A DNA stretch of 61,670 bases, filler included, from an uncultured Methanosarcinales archaeon (GCA_964587045.1; 3 parts of 3 records of this genome joined end to end with filler, not necessarily neighbours in it), one strand, 5' to 3'. Counted from the first letter of the whole stretch, positions 19,885-28,611 are shown. Numbers and translations: made by a program. The notes: generated from the letters alone by a model not told the origin.

Positions 19885-19945
19885 AATGTCAACCTCCATG
19901 AACATTTTACTGCCTTGAAGGATGGAACAAGATATATTATTTCAC

Positions 19946-19971
19946 CGGAACAAACCGGAACACTACGGAAC
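19946..19971. promoter_or_regulatory. three CGGAAC direct repeats at exact 10-bp period, upstream of the promoter of 18256-19884
   Basis: CGGAAC at 19946, 19956 and 19966; a further TGGAAC at 19923; minus-strand TATA-like element at about 19932-19940. Confidence 0.6.
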
Positions 19972-20664
19972 TCATTTCAGAACCAGCACGTTGCTCATAC
20001 CGCTGGCCTTCTTTTCGATCAAGCCCTGCCGCTTGAGGCTTTCGACATTGCGGGAGAGCGATGATTTAGGCCAGTCCAGCCGCTTCTCCAGCTCAGCTTG
20101 GGTTATGCGTCCGTGCTTCCTGACCAGCCTGATTATCTCCTGCTGCCTTTTGGGCAGGTGAGATATGTCAGGTTTTTTGCCTGGTTTTTTCAGGAAGGTG
20201 AGTATTATCACCATGCCAGCCAGCAGTAGTCCGCCTACCAAGTAGTATATGGCAAGTGAACCCTGCTCTGAAATGGTGTACTGTACCACCACGTTCATAT
20301 CCTCTGAGAAGCCCGCTCCCCTGATACTGATCAGCCCTTCGTCGTCCTCAATCCTCATGGAGCCCGATGCCTTGATGTAATTGATGGACGCTCCCTTGGG
20401 CAGGCTTACCGTATAGACATAGCTCTCAAGCGGCTCATCAGTGGTGATGTTCAGGAGCCAGACCTTGCCCCTCTTTGATGTGAAGCTGTGCCCGTCCACC
20501 AGCCCGGGATAATTGGTGGTGCCGCGGACATCGACTGCGCCTGCTTCGTCGACAATGATGCTGACATCGGCGTAGTAGGGCACAGCGCTTGTGAGCTGCA
20601 GGGAGAGCAGCAGCGCCAAAACAATTATCAACCTCCTCATGAGGCCAGAAGAAACGTGTTTCAC
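19972..20664 (-). CDS. membrane-anchored winged-HTH transcription regulator (COG2512-like)
   Basis: Signal peptide, extracellular beta domain, one TM helix, C-terminal ITQAELEKRLDWPKSSLSRNVESLKRQGLIEK wHTH; true start probably MRRLII. Confidence 0.8.
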   Translation of the reverse strand: MKHVSSGLMRRLIIVLALLLSLQLTSAVPYYADVSIIVDEAGAVDVRGTTNYPGLVDGHSFTSKRGKVWLLNITTDEPLESYVYTVSLPKGASINYIKASGSMRIEDDEGLISIRGAGFSEDMNVVVQYTISEQGSLAIYYLVGGLLLAGMVIILTFLKKPGKKPDISHLPKRQQEIIRLVRKHGRITQAELEKRLDWPKSSLSRNVESLKRQGLIEKKASGMSNVLVLK

Positions 20665-20673
20665 TTATAAAGG

Positions 20674-21933
20674 TTACTCTCCCCACTTGGCCAGCGCCTT
20701 CTGGAGCTCCATATGGCTATTTGCGTAGTCAGAAAGGGACTTGCCCTCCATCACCGCATCAACAGCCTGACGGATGGCCTTGGCTCCTGCGGTCGTCCCG
20801 TCGGGATGTCCGTGGCAGCCGCCTCCGAACTGTGCGACTATGTCGTAGCCCATGTTGTGGAGGAGCGGGGGGACATGGCCAGGGTGAAGCCCGCCCGAAC
20901 TCACGGCTAGAGCGGGCTTCAACCCATACCATTCTTGTGCCAAAACTGTGTGGTGGTCTCCCACCACATCCGCCTCTAATTCCCCAGCTATCTCCTTGAC
21001 AACTGTAGGGGACCCTTCCATCTTCCCTACGCCTGTGCCTACGTGCAGCTGGTCGCACCCGACCAGCCTAGCGAGCTTTGCGATGGTGAGCATCGACATC
21101 CCGTGCTTGGGATTACGGGTTAATGCGCCGTGCATTGCCCGGTGGGCGTGTATCACCTGACCTTCATTGTACTGCCTCACCGTCTGCACGCCTGCCCATC
21201 CCGCGGTCAGGATGTCTACCATTATGTACTCACCGCCGTACTCCTTCACATACTTGGCCCGCTTGAGCATTTCCATTGACTCGGCTGTGATGTTAGGCAT
21301 GTAGATCTTCTTCTCACCAGTCTCCTTCTCTGCGAGATCGCGCATCTTCAGGGTCTCCCGTATCCTGTCTGAGAACCTGTTGAAGGGCTGGTCAGTGAGG
21401 TTCTCATCGTCCTTTACGATGTCGAGACCTCCCATCCACGCGTCATAGGCCACTTTTGCGTGCTGCGTGGACGTCAGGCCGACCTTCGGCTTGACGATGG
21501 TTCCCACCAGCGGACGCTTGGGTATGCGCGTTAGTTTCCTGATGCCTTCTATTCCGAATGCTGGTCCTGGAAACGATTGGACGACTTTTTTAGGAAAGTG
21601 AATGTCGAGCAGCCTCAGATTCCGAACTATTTTCATACCGTAAATGTTGCCTGCGATGCTCGATAGGATGCAAGGGACGTTTCCCAGCTCGAATAGGTCT
21701 GTGCAGTAGGCGATCTTGACTATGCCCCTCTCCTTGTCGATCGAGTAGACGTGGGGCTTTAGGCTGGTGGCTATCTCCTGATTCATGGTGGAGACATCTG
21801 TCCAGGTGCCTATGCTGGACTCAGCTGCGAGATGTTCGCATGCCTCCTCGAGTGTTATCCCGTTGGGCTCGACGTAGTACTCGGCGATGACTTCATCTTT
21901 GGGCTGGTACTGCTCGTCGATGTACTCAAGCAT
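20674..21933 (-). CDS. rbcL: RuBisCO large subunit, archaeal form III / III-like
   Basis: AAESSIGTW, IAGN, KPKVG, KDDEN, HAHRAMH, LHVGT.VGKMEG, SSGG, GGG.HGHP: the active-site motifs are present. Confidence 0.95.
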   Translation of the reverse strand: MLEYIDEQYQPKDEVIAEYYVEPNGITLEEACEHLAAESSIGTWTDVSTMNQEIATSLKPHVYSIDKERGIVKIAYCTDLFELGNVPCILSSIAGNIYGMKIVRNLRLLDIHFPKKVVQSFPGPAFGIEGIRKLTRIPKRPLVGTIVKPKVGLTSTQHAKVAYDAWMGGLDIVKDDENLTDQPFNRFSDRIRETLKMRDLAEKETGEKKIYMPNITAESMEMLKRAKYVKEYGGEYIMVDILTAGWAGVQTVRQYNEGQVIHAHRAMHGALTRNPKHGMSMLTIAKLARLVGCDQLHVGTGVGKMEGSPTVVKEIAGELEADVVGDHHTVLAQEWYGLKPALAVSSGGLHPGHVPPLLHNMGYDIVAQFGGGCHGHPDGTTAGAKAIRQAVDAVMEGKSLSDYANSHMELQKALAKWGE

Positions 21934-21940
21934 GCGGGGA

Positions 21941-22366
21941 TCACCTCTTGCCGAAGTAGAATATATCCTCTATCTTGATTTCGGATGGCGCAACACCGTT
22001 GCGGTCGATGGGCTTGTCGGATGGCTTCTTGTCCGAAGCCGGAGCGTAGGCGCCCGTCCTCGGGTGGGCTTCTGGCTGGGATTGCTGCTCGCCCTGCACC
22101 AGCCTCTTCCTGAAGGCCTTCAGGTCGTCGAGCTCGAAAGCGAGCCTCTTGAGGGCCTCTTGTAGGTCCTTTATGGTCTGTGCCTGCGCCCTGACCGTAG
22201 TGGTGAGCCTGCGGATGTCGAGAGCCAGCTCTGCAGCGCTGGCGCCCTCTGGCTCGGAGATGACCCCGCTGACGGCCTGGTTCATGGCGTTCGCTGCGCT
22301 GTCGCGGAAGCCGTGTTTCTCAAACTCCTTTGACAGCGACGCCATCTTCCTCATCTGGTCTATCAT
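21941..22366 (-). CDS. hypothetical protein with coiled coil and C-terminal IKIEDIFYFGKR tail
   Basis: 141-aa ORF, tightly packed with its neighbours. Confidence 0.75.
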   Translation of the reverse strand: MIDQMRKMASLSKEFEKHGFRDSAANAMNQAVSGVISEPEGASAAELALDIRRLTTTVRAQAQTIKDLQEALKRLAFELDDLKAFRKRLVQGEQQSQPEAHPRTGAYAPASDKKPSDKPIDRNGVAPSEIKIEDIFYFGKR

Positions 22367-22912
22367 CTAGAGCATGCCCCTCTTGCCGAAGTTGAACATC
22401 TCGGTGATGTCGACATCCTCCTCTGCCATCTTGGGTCTGGGAGGGGGAGCGCTCCGCTGCTCCGCCATTGAAGGGCTGGCTTTCGGAGCCTCGTCCAGCT
22501 CCCTTACCTGTACCGGCGCAGGGAATGCGACTTCGGCCTGCGCCTCGTCCTCTGGAGGTGCCTCCTCCTCGAGGACTGCTGGTTCCATGAGGTCGTTCAG
22601 AGGAACGTCCTGCTTCAATATTTCGTCGACGACGAATGACGACCCGGCGGGAGGGGCCTTGATAGGGACTGCGGCCGGCTTCTCGACAGGCGAGGGTTCA
22701 TCCTCTTCCAGGCTGATGAGCTCTTCTCCATCCTTGGAGGGTTTGGGAGCGTTCGGAGGCTGCTCTGCAGCGTTGGACTTTTCCCTTATCTGGTCGTTGA
22801 TGCCGAGAATTGATTTCGCCTTCATGTTAGCGTCAAGGTCTGAAGCAGCCAGCCCGTTGGCGCGCAGGGACTTTGCCAGCTCTTCGATGCGTTTTTCAGT
22901 ATCTGGATTCAT
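22367..22912 (-). CDS. hypothetical protein with disordered P/E/A linker and C-terminal VDITEMFNFGKR tail
   Basis: 181-aa ORF abutting the next gene; GGAGG upstream. Confidence 0.75.
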   Translation of the reverse strand: MNPDTEKRIEELAKSLRANGLAASDLDANMKAKSILGINDQIREKSNAAEQPPNAPKPSKDGEELISLEEDEPSPVEKPAAVPIKAPPAGSSFVVDEILKQDVPLNDLMEPAVLEEEAPPEDEAQAEVAFPAPVQVRELDEAPKASPSMAEQRSAPPPRPKMAEEDVDITEMFNFGKRGML

Positions 22913-23041
22913 TTACTGTCGCCTCCTCACATGCTCCTAGAGAGAGCCCTCTCTCAAAAGAGTTATGTTATTAATATATTAATATACCAATTAGTAGACT
23001 AGTATTTAAATGTTGTGATTATATTAAAATGGGGAGAGAAC

Positions 23042-23262
23042 TCACTCGACCTTTACGGTCTTTCGCTCAGCCACCATCAGGATGCCTATCACAAAGAAGA
23101 CCAGAGAGGCGATCTTCGGTACCGAGAACGTCGGGAACAGGAATGACAGCTGGTCCAGGAGCACCATGGGGGTGGAAGCGAAAATCCCTACCTTGAACAG
23201 CTGGCCGAACTTCACGTTGTACTGTGCGAGCAGGGTAATCAGCTTGCCCACGACCGCTGCTG
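23042..23262 (-). CDS. C-terminal fragment of a membrane protein (DUF1189-like), cut by contig end
   Basis: KFGQLFKVGIFASTPMVLL plus hydrophobic helices; the frame runs into the N spacer. Confidence 0.5.
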
Positions 23263-23362
23263 NNNNNNNNNNNNNNNNNNNNNNNNNNNNNNNNNNNNNN
23301 NNNNNNTTAATTAATTAANNNNNNNNNNNNNNNNNNNNNNNNNNNNNNNNNNNNNNNNNNNN
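23263..23362. other. artificial contig-joining spacer
   Basis: 44 N + TTAATTAATTAA (stop codons in all six frames) + 44 N. Confidence 0.98.
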
Positions 23363-23760
23363 CGACGGCGCGGCTTGCTACATCGATGTCGGCTCTTCCT
23401 ATCCTGGGCGTGCAGAAGCGTCCAAGGGTGGGGGTGTTCACCCATTAAAAGGGATCGTGAGCTGGGTTCAGAACGCTGTGAGGCAGTTTGTTTGATATCT
23501 ACTGGAAATGTTTGATGATTGAAGGGAAGGAACCCTTAGTACGAGAGGAACAGGGTTTCGGGGCCTCTGGTCCACCGGTTATCCGACAGGGTATGCCGGG
23601 CAGCTACGCCCTAAGGGATAAGTGCTGAAAGCATCTAAGCACGAAGCCTGCCCTGAAAAGAATCATCGTAGAACTCCCGCAGAAGACGGGTTTGATGGAA
23701 CTGGGGTGTAAGTGCGAAGGTAACGACGCATTCAGCCCGCAGTCCCCAAACGTTCGTGCT
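23363..23760 (+). rRNA. rrl: 23S rRNA, 3' portion (end of domain V and domain VI), partial
   Basis: TCGATGTCGGCTC and GAGCTGGGTT peptidyl-transferase segments; sarcin-ricin loop AGTACGAGAGGAAC; GCTGAAAGCATCTAAGC. 3' end approximate. Confidence 0.97.
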
Positions 23761-23846
23761 CTCTTGCTGCCTATGTCATGGCTATCATCTTTTTTTTTCT
23801 TGGAAAGCCTTAAATATTCCAGCGGAAGCTCTATCTCGGGGATACA

Positions 23847-24332
23847 ATGAAGAGCTTGGATAATCTCATATACAAATGGTTCAAGGTGCCTAAGAATTTG
23901 GGCCAGTTCATGGACAAGGCCAGGAGGGCGGGGGACCGCAACATCGGCATAGAGCTCCATGACGAGTTCGATATGGGCTATTACGGCGACGGATTCCACG
24001 AGGGCTACATCAGGTTCAAAAGCGCTCACGCCAAGTACAAGTCTAATGAGGTACTCACCGACTCCATCAGCCCGTCACCTCTCGAAGGCATACCCAATGA
24101 GCTTTACGTGAAATACTCGCTGCTGAAGCACGCCATCCAGCACGCTGAGAGGCTCGAGCACGCGGGTTTTGCTGTCATGCTCTCAGCTTCATCTGTTGTC
24201 AAGGCTAAGGAAATAGCCGCCGGACTGGAAGAGCACCGCACCCAGGAGTACTTTGAGGACACGCTGAGATACTATTTCCCCGAGTCCCGTGAGGATTTCG
24301 GCAGGAGGATTACAGCTAGGTATGAGGGCTAG
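23847..24332 (+). CDS. hypothetical protein
   Basis: 161-aa ORF with TTAAATA promoter-like element upstream. Confidence 0.65.
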   Translation: MKSLDNLIYKWFKVPKNLGQFMDKARRAGDRNIGIELHDEFDMGYYGDGFHEGYIRFKSAHAKYKSNEVLTDSISPSPLEGIPNELYVKYSLLKHAIQHAERLEHAGFAVMLSASSVVKAKEIAAGLEEHRTQEYFEDTLRYYFPESREDFGRRITARYEG

Positions 24333-24384
24333 GGTGCCATTTAAATTCTACGGAATCAGAGAAACTGATGAAAAAAGGTCAGCG

Positions 24385-24726
24385 TCACTTATACTGCTTC
24401 ATCTCGCCCTTGGCATTGATGACAATCTTGCGTCGATAGTTGATGTGCTTCGCCGCTTCGAATGTGGTTGCGCTCTCGAAGGGAGGGAAGTCGGCGTGGT
24501 AGGTGACCATGCCAACAATATCCTTGCGGGTCAGCCATAGCTTGTCCTTGCCTGGGACTTCCGCGCTTGTATAGCCTCTCTTTTGGGGAGGCACCACGAC
24601 GTCGCTGACTTCAATAAAGTCATCTTTCTCCTCGCCCACGAGGAAGCCGATGGCGATCTTGTCGGGCTCGCTGCCCGCGAGCTTTTTGATAATATCTTCC
24701 TTATTTGTTACCTTGATTTCCTTCAT
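24385..24726 (-). CDS. degenerate JAB/MPN-fold protein
   Basis: IGFLVG...EVSDVVVPPQ...IVGMVTYH...PFES follows the MPN pattern but lacks the JAMM E/HxH/D ligands. Confidence 0.55.
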   Translation of the reverse strand: MKEIKVTNKEDIIKKLAGSEPDKIAIGFLVGEEKDDFIEVSDVVVPPQKRGYTSAEVPGKDKLWLTRKDIVGMVTYHADFPPFESATTFEAAKHINYRRKIVINAKGEMKQYK

Positions 24727-24857
24727 GGGTTTACCTCCATTTGGATAGTATTTAGGTAGCTCCGGTACTATTTAAACCTTTCGATAAATGACTACTAATT
24801 AGTGGTAAATAATTTCATCCCAAAATATTTATATTACAGCAATCCTTTCTATCGCCC

Positions 24858-25988
24858 ATGGATGCCGACAGACGCTTCGAGCTGATCACCCGCAACACCG
24901 AAGAGGTCATGACAGAGGAAGACCTACGGAAGATGCTCGCTTCTGGAACCAAGCTCAAGCACTACATCGGATTCGAGATCTCAGGCATGATCCACCTCGG
25001 GACAGGACTCATGTGCATGTCAAAGGTGAAGGACTTCATGGAAGCAGGAGCTGACGTATCGATCTTCCTGGCCGACTGGCACTCGTGGATCAACGACAAG
25101 CTGGGCGGCGATATCGAAGCCATCCAGCGCGTTGCGGTGGGCTACTTCAAAGAGGGGCTTAAGGCGAGCATGAAGTGCCTCGGCGGAGACCCCGAGAAGA
25201 TAAAATTCGTGCTGGGCACGGAGCTCTACCACAACAACGACGCCTACTGGCAGACCGTCGTGGACGTCTCAAAGAACACGACCCTCGGTCGGATGATGAG
25301 GAGCATCACCATCCTGGGCAGGAAGGAAGGCGACTCGGTCGACTTCGCAAAGCTGCTCTACCCGCCGATGCAGGTTGCAGACATATTCATACAGGGGGTG
25401 AACCTGCCCCACGCTGGCATAGACCAGCGCAAGGCGCAGGTCATCGCTCGCGACGTTGCTTTGAAGTTGAAGGTGAGCCCGCTAGTGGACAAGGCCGGCA
25501 AGAGGATCAAGCCTGTTGCCGTGCACCACCACCTGCTGCTAGGCCTGGGCAAGCCGCCGGAGTGGCCTGTGGACAAGTCGCGCTTGCAGGAGGTGTGGTC
25601 CGCTCTGAAGATGAGCAAGTCCAAGCCTGACACCGCCATCTTCATACATGATTCTGAGGAAGAGATCCGCAGGAAGATCAAGAAGGCCTTCTGCCCTGAG
25701 GGGGATGTGGAGTTCAATCCCATACTGGACTGGGCCAGATACCTGATTTTTAGGGATGGCGGGAAACTGGAGATAAAACGCCCCGAGAAGTTCGGCGGCG
25801 ATGTCAAGTACGATTCTTACAAGGCTCTTGAGAAGGACTTCGCCGCAAAGAGGCTGCACCCCATGGACCTGAAAGCAGCGGTCGCTGAGGATATAATCAA
25901 GATGCTCACCCCTGCAAGAGAACATTTCTCTAAAGGCAAACCCAAAGAGATGCTCGAAGAGCTGAAGAGGCTGACTGTCACACGCTGA
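24858..25988 (+). CDS. tyrS: tyrosyl-tRNA synthetase, archaeal type
   Basis: YIGFEISG.IHLGT (HIGH), ADWH, YPPMQVAD, GIDQRK, KMSKS, LHPMDLK. Confidence 0.95.
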   Translation: MDADRRFELITRNTEEVMTEEDLRKMLASGTKLKHYIGFEISGMIHLGTGLMCMSKVKDFMEAGADVSIFLADWHSWINDKLGGDIEAIQRVAVGYFKEGLKASMKCLGGDPEKIKFVLGTELYHNNDAYWQTVVDVSKNTTLGRMMRSITILGRKEGDSVDFAKLLYPPMQVADIFIQGVNLPHAGIDQRKAQVIARDVALKLKVSPLVDKAGKRIKPVAVHHHLLLGLGKPPEWPVDKSRLQEVWSALKMSKSKPDTAIFIHDSEEEIRRKIKKAFCPEGDVEFNPILDWARYLIFRDGGKLEIKRPEKFGGDVKYDSYKALEKDFAAKRLHPMDLKAAVAEDIIKMLTPAREHFSKGKPKEMLEELKRLTVTR

Positions 25989-26325
25989 AGTGGATGTTCC
26001 CGTTCTTCATGGTCAGGCGCAATTTGCAGGGATTGTATTTCTGGAGGATTTCCTCAGACTTGGCTGACTGGCAATCCTTGCATTCTACAGGCTCGTAGTC
26101 GAGGATTCCGACAATCTCTATGCTTGAGTCCCTGACCAGATCTCTGACTGAACTCTCCTTGACCAAAACGCCAGTCTTTAAGCGCTCCTGTTCTGGTGCG
26201 ATGAAACCCGCGATATGGTACCATCCGTCGCTGATCGTTCCGCATAGGTATGCCTTGGCAGGCCATAAGGTTTGGAATCTCCTCCTGATGCTTGAGAAAA
26301 TCCTTTGGTCATAGCTGATTTCCAT
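25978..26325 (-). CDS. second, more degenerate JAB/MPN-like protein
   Basis: AYLCG...IAGFIAPEQ...GVLV...IVGILDYEP; probable start MEISYD at 26325. Confidence 0.4.
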   Translation of the reverse strand: MEISYDQRIFSSIRRRFQTLWPAKAYLCGTISDGWYHIAGFIAPEQERLKTGVLVKESSVRDLVRDSSIEIVGILDYEPVECKDCQSAKSEEILQKYNPCKLRLTMKNGNIHFSV

Positions 26326-26330
26326 TTTGT

Positions 26331-26627
26331 TCATTCTGTTTTTGACCGTACTATGCGGTCGATTGTTTGGTATGATGCTATGTTCGTCTTGGGTTCCTTC
26401 ATCCAATTGATTAAGAAATCATCATCACTCCTTTGATTGGAAAAAAGCAGGTACTCTCCGTCCTCGTGTTCGACCACGCCTGCAACATAGTACAGGGAAG
26501 GTTTGCCAGGGCCGATATCGTGTATTGGCTTTTTCCATTGAATTTCTGCAACTTCAATGACTGGCAAAATGGGGTCGACGTTGTTCTTATGGAAGCGCGG
26601 AAGCTCTGAATAAAACATCATGCCCAT
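26331..26627 (-). CDS. hypothetical protein
   Basis: ORF upstream of and co-oriented with 25978-26325; probable start MGMMFY. Confidence 0.55.
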   Translation of the reverse strand: MGMMFYSELPRFHKNNVDPILPVIEVAEIQWKKPIHDIGPGKPSLYYVAGVVEHEDGEYLLFSNQRSDDDFLINWMKEPKTNIASYQTIDRIVRSKTE

Positions 26628-26711
26628 TGTATCACCGCAGGCTTGGGTTTTCAGTCTATATTTAAGCGTATCGCCGAGCATTTTTTATATGAGAAGGGCT
26701 TAAGGTTTGGC

Positions 26712-26912
26712 ATGGCCAGGCATCACCCGTTGTCAGTTGTGGGAAGCGCGGCGATGTTCGTCTTGGGCATCTACCTCGTGTCAGCTTCTGAGGTCTCGCT
26801 CACCGGGGCTGTCATCGGCTTCTCTGATGTCAAGTCTGCGTGGGAGATGGGGGCTGGACTGCTGCTGATAGTTCTCGCTTTCCTCTTCACGGTCGCGCAT
26901 CAGGACGAGTGA
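26712..26912 (+). CDS. small two-TM membrane protein (LTGAVIG motif)
   Basis: Two hydrophobic helices flanking LTGAVIG; TTTTATAT upstream. Confidence 0.65.
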   Translation: MARHHPLSVVGSAAMFVLGIYLVSASEVSLTGAVIGFSDVKSAWEMGAGLLLIVLAFLFTVAHQDE

Positions 26913-27645
26913 GGAAGCCCTTTATGTCCTCGGCCGCTTCGTCTGGATACAGTGCGATCCAGTCGTGGTTGTATCCTGGTTTTTTGATTATCTTCAGGTC
27001 CGAGAAGGATTCCTTGATACGGTCTTCATCCAGTTTGAAGTACTCATCATCGCTGCCGTAGAGGAGGAGGCTTGGTTGTGCAACCTTGCCTGTCGGGGCG
27101 TAGTCGCAGATGCTGCGGATGGTCTCATTGGACTTCTTTTGGTTGGCCATCCGGTTGAGCATGAATCCGGGGGAAGTCCTGAAGACCATCTTCGGGCCTT
27201 GCAGCCCGCCTGTCAGGCCGAACAGCTCTTTTGCTGTCTTGTAAACCGCTTTTATTGAGAATGTCAGGAGGTTGTTGTCGTTTTCCATGACCGGGTTGGC
27301 CATGACGAGCATGGTCAGGCCCGGGGAGCCTTTGGCAAGCTCCATTCCTACAGCGCCTCCGAGCGAGTGGCCAGCAGCGCAGTAGCTGTCCAGTCCCAAC
27401 GCAGAGCAGAACTCTTGGGTGAGTTCGGCCTGCTCCCCGATCGAAGTGGGTGGGTTTTCGAGGTAGTTCATCCCGTAAAGGCTTGGGGCGATTACCTCGA
27501 ACTCTCCTGATAGGTTTTGGATCAGGTCGTAGCCGTGCTGGGGCGCGATGCCGAAGCCGTGCATGAAGAGGAGGGGCTCGCCTCTTCCTACAGAGTAGTA
27601 CCTCACCTTCTCGTCCCTTACCTGCTGGACTTTTTGCTCTTCCAT
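26887..27645 (-). CDS. alpha/beta hydrolase
   Basis: HGFG oxyanion motif, GHSLGG nucleophile elbow, YGSDD acid, GYNHD His. Confidence 0.9.
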   Translation of the reverse strand: MEEQKVQQVRDEKVRYYSVGRGEPLLFMHGFGIAPQHGYDLIQNLSGEFEVIAPSLYGMNYLENPPTSIGEQAELTQEFCSALGLDSYCAAGHSLGGAVGMELAKGSPGLTMLVMANPVMENDNNLLTFSIKAVYKTAKELFGLTGGLQGPKMVFRTSPGFMLNRMANQKKSNETIRSICDYAPTGKVAQPSLLLYGSDDEYFKLDEDRIKESFSDLKIIKKPGYNHDWIALYPDEAAEDIKGFLTRPDARP

Positions 27646-27708
27646 GCCGCTAATGAGAGGTTTTGCATATATAAATCTTTCGTTATTTAACTACTTAGAA
27701 GTGGTAAA

Positions 27709-28611
27709 TTATGGGTACAAGTAGACTGTCCTGGTGGAGATCACTTCGGGCGTTATGAAGTTGAGCAGGGTCGTGGTCCCAATCTTCGGGATGAAGCTTA
27801 TCCTCAGCTCCTCGTCCTCCCCGACCCCACGGTAGCCCTGGAAGTATACCGTCGCCATGTCGCCCCTCTGCAGGACGCCCTCCCTGAAGTTGGTGCTCTG
27901 CGAGGCGTAGCGCACCATGAAGAAGCCCTGGCCGGCTAGCTCAGGGGTCACGTTCAGCGACTGGTTCTCTGCTATCTCGTTGTTTGCATATATGTAGACG
28001 TCGTCGAAAGTCAGGGTCGCGAGCTCCGCTCCGTCCTCAGAGGTCGCGGTGTATGTGCCGTCGACAGTGGATGTCGCTGTCAGGTCCAGGCCTGTTGCGT
28101 AGCCGATGCCGTCAGTGCTGTAGTTGACCATGACTGTGGTCGAGTTGACGACGCTGATATAATCAGTGCTGCCGTCAAGGTCCATGTCCTGGGAAAGCGC
28201 CGCGCCTGACGCGTTGACGAAACCGGGATCCTCTGCCTGAAGGGTGAAGTAGCCTGACGAACCCGCTATAGGTGTTCCTGCCCTGTAGTTGAGGAAGCAG
28301 GTGTCTGAGATAGTCGACATGGTCAGGGTAGCGTCGTCCAGCTTGACCTCGTCAGATCCGGGGGCCAGCTTGACGGTCATCTCATAGTCCTCAACGGTTC
28401 CGTCCCTGCCGTCGGTAGAGGTGATCTCGACCACCTGGACATAGGTGGATATCGACGCTTCTGCCTGGGCTCCTGTGGCAAGGGCGCGCTCCTGCAGGCT
28501 GTTGGTGGATGAGATTAGCACGCCAGCAGCAACGGCAGCGACGAGTAGCAGAGAAATGAATATGATGAGGGTTCCTACTCCCATATCTCCCCTTCTGTTG
28601 ATAACATCCAC
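27709..28611 (-). CDS. archaellin (ArlB/FlaB family) with a 105-aa inserted domain
   Basis: Class III signal RRG|DMGVGTLIIFISLLLVAAVAAGVLI, SLQERALATG, KLAPGSD, C-terminal LQRGD...IPKIG...TP...VYLYP. Confidence 0.85.
   Translation of the reverse strand: MDVINRRGDMGVGTLIIFISLLLVAAVAAGVLISSTNSLQERALATGAQAEASISTYVQVVEITSTDGRDGTVEDYEMTVKLAPGSDEVKLDDATLTMSTISDTCFLNYRAGTPIAGSSGYFTLQAEDPGFVNASGAALSQDMDLDGSTDYISVVNSTTVMVNYSTDGIGYATGLDLTATSTVDGTYTATSEDGAELATLTFDDVYIYANNEIAENQSLNVTPELAGQGFFMVRYASQSTNFREGVLQRGDMATVYFQGYRGVGEDEELRISFIPKIGTTTLLNFITPEVISTRTVYLYP

Noticed and set aside
20674..21933. RuBisCO as evidence of autotrophy
   Set aside because: No phosphoribulokinase or small subunit here; form III-type enzymes in such archaea typically act in nucleoside salvage.
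23263..23362. TTAATTAATTAA palindrome within N runs (also at 45330-45429)
   Set aside because: Identical 100-nt synthetic spacer with six-frame stops used to concatenate contigs; not biological. ORFs running into it are truncated, and linkage across it (for example between the two archaellins) cannot be inferred.
23375..23398. TACATCGATG instead of the bacterial CACCTCGATG near the peptidyl-transferase centre
   Set aside because: Probably ordinary archaeal variation; novelty cannot be claimed without an LSU alignment, and the pairing partner is outside the fragment.
23604..24029. 141-aa minus-strand ORF
   Set aside because: Antisense to 23S rRNA and to the 23847-24332 gene; a shadow ORF.
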